A DNA stretch of 64,000 nt from a bacterium (GCA_030699905.1 JAUYKQ010000010.1:2554-66553), one strand, 5' to 3'. Counted from the stretch's first letter, positions 9,820 to 19,079 are shown. Made by a program: numbers and translations. The notes: generated by a model not told the origin, from the letters alone.

Positions 9820-9847
9820 TTGACAACACATTCAATATGAGTATAAT
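9820..9847 (+). promoter_or_regulatory. Consensus sigma70-type promoter TTGACA-16-TATAAT, ~340 nt upstream of 16S. Candidate rRNA promoter.
   Basis: ttgaca (9820-9825), 16-nt spacer, tataat (9842-9847). Confidence 0.55.
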
Positions 9848-11675
9848 AGCCGATACTGCCTTCAAAGGAGAAGGTGTGGACTTTGACAATTAAAACTTGA
9901 AATATTAAAGATTTGAGACGTGCAAGGTCTCAAAGTCTATTCCTTCCCGGCAGTAGAGAATTAAAAATTTTCACTGCGGGAAAAAAATGATTCCACCGGC
10001 TGACTAAGACAGCCGGCAGAGCAAGTTCAAACTCTTAAAACAACAAACAAAATTTCAGCAAAAACTGTCTTTTGTTTTGTTCCGTTCTAAAAATGCAGAC
10101 AAGATGCAAACAAAACTCCGGCGGACGAGGGAGGCAACTCCTCCGTAGGTCGGAGCGATGTAGGCAATAATGTCCTCATTTCTTAAATTAGAGTTTGATC
10201 CTAGCTCAGGATGAACGCTGGCGGCGTGGATAAGGCATGCAAGTCAAGGGTGTGTGCGGAGCACACAGTTTATAAAGTTATAAAGTCATAAAGTTCATAA
10301 AGTCAGAATCTTCTGCTTTACAAACTTTTTACTTTACGAACTTGTAACTTGTGCGCTTCGCGCACAACCGGCAGACGAGGTAGTAATAAGTAGGAATGTC
10401 CCCAAGAGTCAGGCATAGCTACGCGAAAGCGTGGGTAATTCCTGATGGTCTGACCGCATCACATGGAATGTGAATTAAGTTTATCAAGTTCATAAAGTTG
10501 CAAGTTTATAAAGTAAGACCAATGCCGGATTTTTTAGGCTCGCTTTTCTTACTTGATGAACTTTATAACTTTTTACTTTATAAACTTATTTCGCCTCTCA
10601 TGTGATGCGGTCAGTAAAGTCGCAAGACGCTTTTGGAACAGCCTACTCGGTATCAGCTAGATGGTAGGGTAATGGCCTACCATGGCTATGACGCCTAGGG
10701 GGGGTGAGAGCCCGATCCCCACCGATCGGACTGAGATACGGCCGATACACCTACGGGTGGCTGCAGCCGAGAATATTCCGCAATGGGCGAAAGCCTGACG
10801 GAGCGACGCCGCGTGGTTGATGAAGTTCTTAGGAATGTAAAAACCTTTTATTAGGGAGGAAGCGTGCGAAGCACACTGTACATGACACTGATGACACGAA
10901 TGTAAAGAACGAATGACACGAATAAAATTAACAAGACTTGATTTTATTCGTGTCATTCGCATCTTCTATTCGTAGATTCGTGTCGAGTTCAGCGCGCTTC
11001 GCGCGTTTGACGTTACCTGATGAATAAGGGGTTGCTAAACTCGTGCCAGCAGCAGCGGTAATACGAGTGCCCCGAGCGTTATCCGGAATCATTGGGCGTA
11101 AAGGGTGTGTAGGCGGCTTTGTTAGTCCTCTGTTAAATTCTTCGGCTCAACCGGGGTCTTGCAGGGGATACGGCAAAGCTTGAGGGTGTGAGGGGTGAAT
11201 GGAACTCATGGTGTAGGGGTGAAATCCGTTGATATCATGGGGAACACCAAAAGCGAAGGCAATTCACTGGCGCACTCCTGACGCTGAAACACGAAAGCGT
11301 GGGTAGCGAATGGGATTAGATAATCCTTGCCCGCTAATAAAACATAGGCAAAAGGTGTCTCTCCCGAAGGCGACTTCGGGATGAAAATCTAGCTGTATCG
11401 GGGAAACTCTCTGACACTATGCGCTTACTGGCGCGTTGGAGACAATCCCGAGGGAAGTTTTCTTGCATTGAAAGAAGGTTAATTTACCTGCATTGTAATT
11501 CTTGGAGCAATGCTGGTGCGAGTAAGGGAAAAGAAAAACAACTGTCCATAGTCGGAGGGTTGGGTGTTGCGGGGCTATCTGCACATCTCTTTGTCCAGGA
11601 AAAACCACCAACAGAAAGCGTGAGTAATTCGTGAAAGCGTGAATATGTGTCCCTTACTCAATTTGTTCTTTGGGC

Positions 11676-11754
11676 GCGGATGTAGCTCAGTTGGAATGAG
11701 TATCACCTTGATAAGGTGAGGGTCGCAGGGTTCGAATCCTTGCCATCCGCTCCA
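11676..11754 (+). tRNA. tRNA-Ile(GAU)-like sequence embedded in the 5' half of the 16S site-788 intron. Cloverleaf with a slightly long variable/T region; may be a functional tRNA, a pseudo-tRNA or a tRNA-like intron domain.
   Basis: Acceptor gcggatg/catccgc, D-arm gctcagttggaatgagt, anticodon stem tcacc/ggtga with loop ttGATaa, T-loop ggttcgaatcc, 3' tcca. ~70% identical to bacterial tRNA-Ile(GAU). Confidence 0.55.
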
Positions 11755-11871
11755 TTTTTCCGCCGAATTTTCGAAAAATTTGGCACCTTCTTTCAGTGCA
11801 AGACGACCCCGTAGAGACTATGAAATTGAGCAAGATAGTTGGTGCATTTTCTGTCGTAATGCAAAAAATAT

Positions 11872-12639
11872 ATGCAAAACGCGGATTCAAAATATGTGCC
11901 TTTGTCGAATCAAGTGCGAGCCATTATTCTAGGGTCAATTCTTGGAGATGGGTCGCTCAAGATTCAAAACGAGTACGCCAATGCGAATTTACAAATTCGT
12001 CATTCGGAAACTCAAAAAGACTATCTCTTATGGAAAGCGAATGTGCTTAAAGAGATAGCCGGAGATGGTAGTGTGAGCGTGCAAAAGCCGGATGGATACA
12101 GTACGAAGCCAAAGTGGAGGTTCAGGAGCAAGAGAACTCCAGCATTGACCGAACTGCATCATTTGACCTATAAGCACAATGCCTTGCGCATCAGGCGCAC
12201 ATGGTTAAATCAAATGAACGCTTTGTCGCTCGCCGTATGGTGGTGCGATGACGGTTCACTTATTGGCTACGGAGGCAGAAAAGGGGTGTTTTGTACCGAC
12301 GGCTTTGATGAAGAGTCAGTCAAAATACTTGCTCGCTATCTTGGAGTGGTTTGGAACATACGAGCGATAGTTGCTCCTGTCGGGCGAAAGCGCGATGGAA
12401 AGCAAGATCAGTATTGGCGGTTATGGATTCGTTCGCAGGAAGAATTGAAGAAATTTCTGCGTATTATCCTGCCGTACATACCTGTTTCGAGTATGCTCAA
12501 AAAAGCCATTCTACTCTATAAAGACCCTCAATTTCAACAACGCTGGATATCTGAAGTAATCAAGCTAAGTCCTTTTCCAGAATCTGTCATACTGGCGGAA
12601 TTTGAAAAAAAGAAAGCTAAATGGAATTGCTACAGATAA
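11872..12639 (+). CDS. LAGLIDADG homing endonuclease, double-motif, intron-encoded.
   Basis: Motifs LGSILGDGSL and LAVWWCDDGSL. Located inside the 16S intron. Confidence 0.85.
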   Translation: MQNADSKYVPLSNQVRAIILGSILGDGSLKIQNEYANANLQIRHSETQKDYLLWKANVLKEIAGDGSVSVQKPDGYSTKPKWRFRSKRTPALTELHHLTYKHNALRIRRTWLNQMNALSLAVWWCDDGSLIGYGGRKGVFCTDGFDEESVKILARYLGVVWNIRAIVAPVGRKRDGKQDQYWRLWIRSQEELKKFLRIILPYIPVSSMLKKAILLYKDPQFQQRWISEVIKLSPFPESVILAEFEKKKAKWNCYR

Positions 12640-12818
12640 AGATATAGTCCGGACTGCATGGAAACATGTAGAGCGAGGCAGAAATGCCCTCGCCTCCGCA
12701 TCAGGCGGAAGTAACATTTTCAACCCCAGTAGTCCACGCCCTAAACGATGTTCATTTGCTTTTCGGAGTATCGACCCTCTGAGAGGCGTAGCTAACGCGT
12801 TAAATGAACCGCCTGGGT

Positions 12819-12850
<32 letters not shown>

Positions 12851-13267
12851 AGACGGGGACTTGCACAAGCGGTGGATCATGTGGTTTAATTCGATACTAA
12901 ACGAAGAACCTTACCAAGCCTAGACATCCAAGGGAACTCCAGTAGAAATATTGGAGGCCACCACTTTGCGCGGAAGACGCAAAGTGAGTTCGTCAAGTTA
13001 TAAAGTATAAAGTTCATCAAGTTAGAGAATGTCTTACTTGATAAACTTTAAGAACTTTTGACTTGATAAACTTACTTTGTTCGCTTGCGAACAAAGTGCG
13101 GGGAGGAAGGCGAGGATGACGCCAGATCAGCATGACCCTTTGACGGCTTGGGCTACACACGTGATACAATGGCTGTTACAACACGTTTGCGACGGAGTAA
13201 TCCTGAGCTAATCGTTATAAAAGCAGCCCCAGTTCGGATTGAGGTCTGCAACTCGACCTCATGAAGT

Positions 13268-13314
<47 letters not shown>

Positions 13315-13322
13315 TCAAGTCT

Positions 13323-14262
13323 TGTACTCGGGTCGCCATGCGATCGAGTACGCTAGTTGGTGACCCGTCCTTCGTTAAAATTACGGAGGGCACGGTCCAG
13401 CTGTAATTTTTGAGCTTAATTAAATAAAAACCCCTGCTTATTTTATAAGGGGGGTTTAGGATCTAGAACTCTGAAAGCTGTTGTTGCGAGTTTCTATCTC
13501 TATTCTGCGGGACCGGCGTTGGATCTATTCAAACCAACCGCTTTCGCTTTTGGGGACTGATTTCGAACATTCTTCCAGAACTCCCTGACAAGATCCCTAA
13601 TTAATTAGGTCAGGACTATGTTACATGTTATCATATCTTGTGTTATCAGTCAAGAGCTTGAAAATTACAGCTGGACACGTTTTCGCTGAAGCTATAGCGA
13701 GGCGAGGAAATCCAACCAAGACAATTCACAGTGTCTTGAAGCGAAATACTAGTCTACTGTCCGCGAGGACTATAGATGAAGGAGTAAAGTAGCATTTCTT
13801 AGCTTGAATGCCAGTCATGGCGCATAACAGAGGTTATCCTGCGAGTACATGGAGAAACCTACTGTGTTACAAAAACTGTTATGCGTATCGTGGCATCGAG
13901 ATGAGAAAAAACAGTGTATTCGGTTACCGTGGGAGATCTCACTTGTTCTTTGTTTTTAAAGAGCAAAGTAAGCAATATATTAGGACGGGCAAAAATTTCC
14001 TAAAGTATTGATTAACAATAAGTGAGAAGTCTGCAGAGTCCGTAGTACCTATCGAAGTAAAATTTGATAGGGAAGGGACGAACTTAGAGGTTGTATGTAA
14101 TTTTTAATTTTGCATTGCTTGTCCCGTAGCGAGTTCTGCTCTGCTACAGGGATCATTTTGCATTTTGAGATTTGCATTTTAAATTTCTAAGAACCGCTAG
14201 GGTGCGGGAAAACCGCTTGCCCAGTGGTGTTTGGCTATTGAAAATAAATATCAATTGACCGA
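13323..14262 (+). other. ~940-nt ORF-less insertion in 16S near E. coli site ~1390, between cttgtac and accgcccgtca. Contains a long-range inverted repeat (13395-13411 / 13664-13680). Possibly a degenerate intron or other intervening sequence.
   Basis: Flanking conserved 16S segments gaatacgttctc...cttgtac and accgcccgtcaactcaagggagt. No ORF longer than 67 aa. Confidence 0.5.
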
Positions 14263-14353
14263 AAAACCGCCCGTCAACTCAAGGGAGTTGGGAATACCCG
14301 AAGCGCACGCTTTGCGTGCACTACGGTAAGCTCAATAACAGGGAGTAAGTCGT

Positions 14354-15287
14354 TATTGTAAAATACAATTGCGACCTGTCAAGGAAACTTGACAGAAAAA
14401 TCCAACTGAAATCGGTGAACCCCTCCTCTTTAATTTGTTATAATTAAAGGCATGAAGGCAATACCGAGGGAAGCTGGGAGAGTCACTTATTCAACGGAGA
14501 TTCGAAAGTTAAAAAATATTTCTTTTACCGAGGAGCAAAGAGCTCTCATTATTGGAAGTATTTTAGGCGACGGATGTCTGTGTGATAATTGGTCAAAGAC
14601 CAATTATCGTTTGTTTATCAATCATTGTCTGGGACAAAAAGATTACGTATGGTGGAAATACGGTGTTCTTAAGAATTATATCCTTTCAGAACCTAGATAC
14701 TATGATAGGAATAATTCCCTTACTATCCGGACCATTAGTCACTCTGAATTATCAGAATTGCGGAATGTTTTCTACAGAGATAAACAAAAAATAATTCCTC
14801 AAAATATTCAAGAATTTCTAAAGGATCCTCGCGTGCTTGCAGTATGGTTTATGGATGATGGTAACAATGTTATCCGGAATGGAAAAATTATTGGTTACCA
14901 CATCAACACACAATCATTCACACGAAAAGAAAATAAATTGCTTGCAAAATGTCTGTATGCCATTTACGGCATAGAAGCTCTGTTAGAACGAAATCATAAA
15001 AGGTATAGATTAGCAATTTGGAAGCGAGATTCGAGGTTGAAAATTAGAAACTTGGTAAAGCCGTATGTATTGGAAAGTATGCAATACAAACTCGGTTGAA
15101 TAAGCGACTCTCCTTAGCCCCGTAGAGACTGGATTCCGCTTAAAAGCGGATGAAGATAGCATGCACATAATGTGTCGCAGTGCCTCGACATTGCGATTAC
15201 GGTGCTATAAAACGTTGGCTCCATTGATAATTATCAATCGGATGAAGATATAGTCCATGCCCCAATGAAAATTGGGGAGAGAACATG
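14354..15287 (+). mobile_element. Group I intron at 16S site 1506 (between GUCGU and AACAAGG) with an internal homing endonuclease ORF. 5' exon ends in U; intron ends in G (omega G at 15287). R-like ccgtagagactgg ~15123-15136, S gaagatatagtcc ~15243-15256, P9-like hairpin ccccaatgaaaattgggg.
   Basis: Precise restoration of gtaagtcgt|aacaaggcacgggtagcggaagctgc (h45). Canonical P7 elements are present. Confidence 0.75.
14452..15099 (+). CDS. LAGLIDADG homing endonuclease, double-motif, intron-encoded.
   Basis: Motifs IIGSILGDGCL and LAVWFMDDGN. Confidence 0.85.
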   Translation: MKAIPREAGRVTYSTEIRKLKNISFTEEQRALIIGSILGDGCLCDNWSKTNYRLFINHCLGQKDYVWWKYGVLKNYILSEPRYYDRNNSLTIRTISHSELSELRNVFYRDKQKIIPQNIQEFLKDPRVLAVWFMDDGNNVIRNGKIIGYHINTQSFTRKENKLLAKCLYAIYGIEALLERNHKRYRLAIWKRDSRLKIRNLVKPYVLESMQYKLG

Positions 15288-15765
15288 AACAAGGCACGGG
15301 TAGCGGAAGCTGCTCGTGGAATATTTCAAGTGAACAATGTCAGGAGCGGATTATCGCGGATAAAAACGCTGATAGACGCCGATGACTGAACGAGTCGATA
15401 TCGCTATCTCTACGGAGTAAGCGGTGGATAAGATTAATATCCTAAAAAAAATCTGACAGACCGGAAAGACGGCACCCGCCGTATCACATGGAATGTGATA
15501 GCGGAAATCCAAAGCACGAAATACTAAATCCTAAACAATATCAAAATTCAAATGACAAAAATTCCAAACAGTAGTCTCTATTTTGAATTTAATATTTTGA
15601 TAATTTGAATTTGTTTCGGATTTCGGTATTAGAATTTCGGATTTTCCGCATCATCGTGTCTCATGTGATGCGGCGGTAAGGAACGGAACAAAACAAAGGA
15701 CAGAAGGTAAAAGAAATTTCAATTTCTAATTGTCTAATTCACATAGATGAAGACAAAGAAGGGTC

Positions 15766-15799
15766 AAAAAAACGGCTAAATATATTTAGCCGTTTTTTT
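15766..15799. terminator. Bidirectional rho-independent terminator: palindrome cggctaaata|tatttagccg flanked by A7 and T7.
   Basis: Perfect palindrome with flanking A/T runs. Confidence 0.6.
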
Positions 15800-15842
15800 G
15801 TTGCTATAGCGCGCTATTTTTGGTATATTTTCAGAGTAATTT

Positions 15843-15919
15843 GCGAGTGTAGCTCAGGTGGTTAGAGCACTCCACTGATAATGGAGAGGTCCCAAGTTCG
15901 AGTCTTGGCACTCGCACCA
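15843..15919 (+). tRNA. tRNA-Ile(GAU), with encoded CCA.
   Basis: gcgagtg ta gctc aggtggtta gagc a ctcca ctGATaa tggag aggtc ccaag ttcgagt cttgg cactcgc a cca: a canonical cloverleaf. Confidence 0.85.
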
Positions 15920-15973
15920 CTAATTCCTAATGTCGCTTAAAATGTCATACGCCTTTGTTGCGCGCTCCGTTCT

Positions 15974-16924
15974 TTATTTTCCTCCAACCAAACACACTAC
16001 GGTCCCATCAAAATTTCTGTTTTCTCTTACGGCTTGAATCAAACCGGCTATGGCTAACACCCCGTTTGGAGTCAGTTCCAAATCTGCTTTTTCTTTGACT
16101 AACTTTTGGGCCACCAGAATTTCTTCATTTGAAACAATCCAAGCCCCGCCACCGCTTTTATTTACAAAAAGTTTTACCCGCTCTTTGCGATGCCCGATTT
16201 TATCAACAATGGCGTCAGCGAGCGACTTTTCCTCTGCGACTTCTTCCGCCTTTTTTCCCAAAAGCAGACGAGCAATAGCATTACACCCGCTTGTCTGCGT
16301 AATATGATGGGCTACGAGTTTGTTTCTCCGGTAGATGTCCGCGGCGAGTCCTTCCGCCGTAGTACCCGAAGAACAGGCGGTGAAAATGTCTCTGACGTCG
16401 GGAATCTCCAAAATTTCCTCCGCCAGCTCAAAATATCCGATAAGAGCCGTGTCGTCGGTTGATTGTCGCAAACTCCGCACCTCGCCGCTTTTCGTAAATT
16501 CCAAAAGTTTCTGCTTAGGCCGTTCCTCTTCTATTATTTCAATTCTCCCGTCCTTCGTTTTCGCGAGTTCTTTTTTCTTTTCCTCATTTATATTTTTGCC
16601 GATAAAGACGGTAAGCGACAGGTCCTTTTCCGAAAGTGTTGCGAAGTGTCTTACCGCCGCCAGTCCTGCGTTTCCTGAAGAAGAAATGGCAAAACGGCGC
16701 GTCCCTTCGCTTTTGTACAGGTCAATCATGCGGGGAATAGAACGACCCTTATGCGAGCCGTACGGATGCAAGTCCTCCCGTTTTAAAAACAACCTTCTCA
16801 GCCCCAATGACGCGGTCAGTTTAGGATATTCCTCAGCGGGAGTTACGGTTTTAAATTCAGTTTCTCCGTCACTCCTTTCCGCTGAGTCGTTCCCGACAGT
16901 CAACGTTTTTTCCTGTTTTGACAT
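15974..16924 (-). CDS. PLP-dependent fold-type II enzyme, threonine synthase-like.
   Basis: PLP-lysine motif HPYGSHKGRS (compare ThrC PTGSFKDRG) and the glycine loop SSSGNAG. Confidence 0.6.
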   Translation of the reverse strand: MSKQEKTLTVGNDSAERSDGETEFKTVTPAEEYPKLTASLGLRRLFLKREDLHPYGSHKGRSIPRMIDLYKSEGTRRFAISSSGNAGLAAVRHFATLSEKDLSLTVFIGKNINEEKKKELAKTKDGRIEIIEEERPKQKLLEFTKSGEVRSLRQSTDDTALIGYFELAEEILEIPDVRDIFTACSSGTTAEGLAADIYRRNKLVAHHITQTSGCNAIARLLLGKKAEEVAEEKSLADAIVDKIGHRKERVKLFVNKSGGGAWIVSNEEILVAQKLVKEKADLELTPNGVLAIAGLIQAVRENRNFDGTVVCLVGGK

Positions 16925-17027
16925 AGTGTATGGGATTTAGCGTATAGCTTACAGCTAAGAAAGTCAATTGAATTTATGCGGGTTTCAGGTAGAATATAGA
17001 GCGTTATACTTTTAATCACAAATCAAT

Positions 17028-17102
17028 CTCTAATTTCTGCTCGAATCCTCTCGAATTCCGATTCGGGACGATTAGAGTTCTTAATTCGGGATTGATTAGA
17101 GA
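17028..17102. repeat. Intergenic repeat, family 'ctctaatc / attcgggatt / gattagag', copy 1.
   Basis: Shares 8-15-nt blocks with copies at 18893-19020, 20327-20412 and 24721-24765. Confidence 0.5.
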
Positions 17103-17104
17103 AA

Positions 17105-17272
17105 ATGAAATTAATTTGTATTGAATGCAAAAACGAAATTGATACGTCTCCGTATCCGAACTTGTCAAAAAACCAGACATTGGAATGCAACCACTGTGGC
17201 ATCTCTCTTCTGGTGTCTGACGTAAAAGACAGTGGGGAAGTGGAAGTGGAAATCGCCGATGAGGGTAAATAG
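17105..17272 (+). CDS. Small (55 aa) Cys4 zinc-ribbon protein (CxxC...CxxC) with an acidic C-terminal tail; LysW-like in organisation. Not in the ORF track (<60 aa).
   Basis: MKLICIECKNEIDTSPYPNLSKNQTLECNHCGISLLVSDVKDSGEVEVEIADEGK. Two CxxC pairs ~25 aa apart. Confidence 0.35.
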   Translation: MKLICIECKNEIDTSPYPNLSKNQTLECNHCGISLLVSDVKDSGEVEVEIADEGK

Positions 17273-17346
17273 AATAATGTAACGTGTAGCTTGTAACGCA
17301 AAACATCAGGAAGTGACGCAAGGCGGACTTCCTTAAACTTGTTGAA

Positions 17347-18813
17347 TCACGAATCTTTAATCTGTCTTACCGTTTCCTCTATCATCCCCCTGAAACCGTG
17401 AGAACCGAGAAAGGATACCACATCTCCTTTTCTAATATTCGCTTTGATATACTGAATCACTTCCTCGTCTTTTTCTATGTATTTTGTGTTTACAAGTGTT
17501 TTGGATATCGTATGCGCGAGCTCGGCCCCTCCCATCGGAGCTTCCTTTTCCGGAGAAATTTTCTGTTTTGTAAGGCGAGGGATAATTACCAAGTCAGCAT
17601 CTTTAAAAGCGTCATCATAGGTTTTTTTCGCCATCTTCTCCCGTCCTCCGATATTCGGCTCAAAAATAGCAATGATTTTGGAGTTGCCATAAATAGAGCG
17701 GAGTTCCGCGAGAGTAAAGCGAGCTTTGCTTGGCGAGTGGGCTATGTCGTCAATAATGACAATGTCGTTCGCGTATCGTTTCTCAAGGCGACGTTTTAAG
17801 CCCTTAAATTCCGCCAAGGCCTTTTTTATAGTTTCCGGCTCAATTCCGATTTCTCGGGCCATGGCGAAAGCACCTGTAATATTTTCGGCATTGTAAAGTC
17901 CGATCATCGGCGAATTGATACGATGTGCCGTATTATTGTGGACAATCTCAAAAGTCAGCCCGTTCTTGTCTTGCCGGACATTTTCGTATCGGTACGTAGA
18001 GTCGGAACTTTTTCCGTATGAAGTAACTTGACTGCCTTCAATAACTTTTTTCACGCCCGGGTCGTCTATGTTTGCCAAGATATTTTTTTTGTCAGGAATA
18101 GAGTTAACAAGATTTTGAAAAGTTTCAAAATACGAGTCCTCTGTCTCATACATATCGGCGTGGTCCCAAGACACAGCAGTCAAAAGCAATCGGGTTGGTT
18201 TGTAATACGCAAATTTCGGCTTCTTGTCCCAAATGGCGGCTTGATACTCGTCTCCTTCAACGACACTCAAGTCGCTACCCGTGATTTTTCCGCTCGCGTG
18301 AGATAGCGAAAGTCCGCCAAAAAAATAGTTCGGATTGACTCCGGCGTATTCAAGTATAAAAGAAAGCAGGGCCGATGAAGTCGTTTTTCCCCATGTTCCG
18401 GCTACGACAACGGACTCATTTTTGACAATAAATTTGCCGACCGCCTCGGCAAAAGACAAAATGGGGATGTTTTTTTCTTTGGCAAAAATAATTTCCGGAT
18501 TGCTTTCACTTGTTCCGCCACCACCCGCTACCACCAAGTCAGGAGTTCCCACTCTTTCGTTTCCTCCCTGCTCCACCCCTCCTCTTTGAGGAGGGGTGTC
18601 CGTTCTGACGGACGGGGTGGTGTCTTTTGTTTTCATCCTCTCCGGATGCCAGCCCGCCCAAAATTCCACCCCTGCCTCTTTAAGTGCGTTTGATACGGGT
18701 GGGAAAAAGCCCTTGTCGCTTCCTGTTACTTTGTATCCGGCCGTTTTAAGCGCGACTGCAAGCGCTGATGTTCCAACACCGCAGATTCCAATAATGTGTA
18801 TGTGATTGGTCAT
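17347..18813 (-). CDS. murC: UDP-N-acetylmuramate--L-alanine ligase-like (MurC/Mpl family) with an in-frame low-complexity insertion (TTPSVRTDTPPQRGGVEQGGNERVGTP) encoded by two perfect GC-rich palindromes.
   Basis: N-terminal IHIIGICGVGTSALAVALKTAGYKVTGSD and ATP-binding VVVAGTWGKTTSSALL. Start at MTNHIHIIG. Confidence 0.65.
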   Translation of the reverse strand: MTNHIHIIGICGVGTSALAVALKTAGYKVTGSDKGFFPPVSNALKEAGVEFWAGWHPERMKTKDTTPSVRTDTPPQRGGVEQGGNERVGTPDLVVAGGGGTSESNPEIIFAKEKNIPILSFAEAVGKFIVKNESVVVAGTWGKTTSSALLSFILEYAGVNPNYFFGGLSLSHASGKITGSDLSVVEGDEYQAAIWDKKPKFAYYKPTRLLLTAVSWDHADMYETEDSYFETFQNLVNSIPDKKNILANIDDPGVKKVIEGSQVTSYGKSSDSTYRYENVRQDKNGLTFEIVHNNTAHRINSPMIGLYNAENITGAFAMAREIGIEPETIKKALAEFKGLKRRLEKRYANDIVIIDDIAHSPSKARFTLAELRSIYGNSKIIAIFEPNIGGREKMAKKTYDDAFKDADLVIIPRLTKQKISPEKEAPMGGAELAHTISKTLVNTKYIEKDEEVIQYIKANIRKGDVVSFLGSHGFRGMIEETVRQIKDS

Positions 18814-18892
18814 AAGTTGTTCAATCCGCACTGCGCCCGCCATAGCTTCAAAGCGAAGGCGGGGATGCCGATGATGTGTATGTGTGAAGTCA

Positions 18893-19020
18893 TAATCTCT
18901 AATCAAACCCGAATTCTCTAATCAGACACGAATTAAAGTCGCGAATACTCCCTAATATCAGATTCGAGATTGATTCGGGATAAAATTCTTATTTTACTAT
19001 TCGGGTTTATTAGTGATAAT
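18893..19020. repeat. Intergenic repeat, family 'ctctaatc / attcggg', copy 2, immediately upstream of the murC-like gene.
   Basis: atctctaatcaaacccgaattctctaatcag...gattgattcggg. Confidence 0.5.
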
Positions 19021-19079
19021 AACTGAAAATCGTCGGAAAATACAGGTGTTGACAGACCGTTGTATCGCTTGTTCTACGA

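Larger units (their letters stand above)
11322..12722 (+). mobile_element. Group I intron at 16S site ~788 (790 loop). The homing endonuclease ORF lies between P7 strands (R-like ccgtagagactatg ~11806-11822; S element aagatatagtcc ~12648-12660). Exact splice boundaries uncertain; no omega-G identified.
   Basis: Exon context gattagata / ccccagtagtcc restores the universal 790 loop. R/S core elements and a LAGLIDADG ORF are present. Confidence 0.65.

Noticed and set aside
15323-15700. A canonical 16S 3' tail (GAUCACCUCCUUA) downstream of h45.
   Set aside because: No CCUCC-containing segment was found anywhere from 15288 to the tRNA-Ile gene. The region instead contains intron-like blocks and a paralog of the V2 hairpin flanks (atcacatggaatgtga ... 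ctcatgtgatgcgg). It is therefore left unannotated rather than calling a 3' exon.
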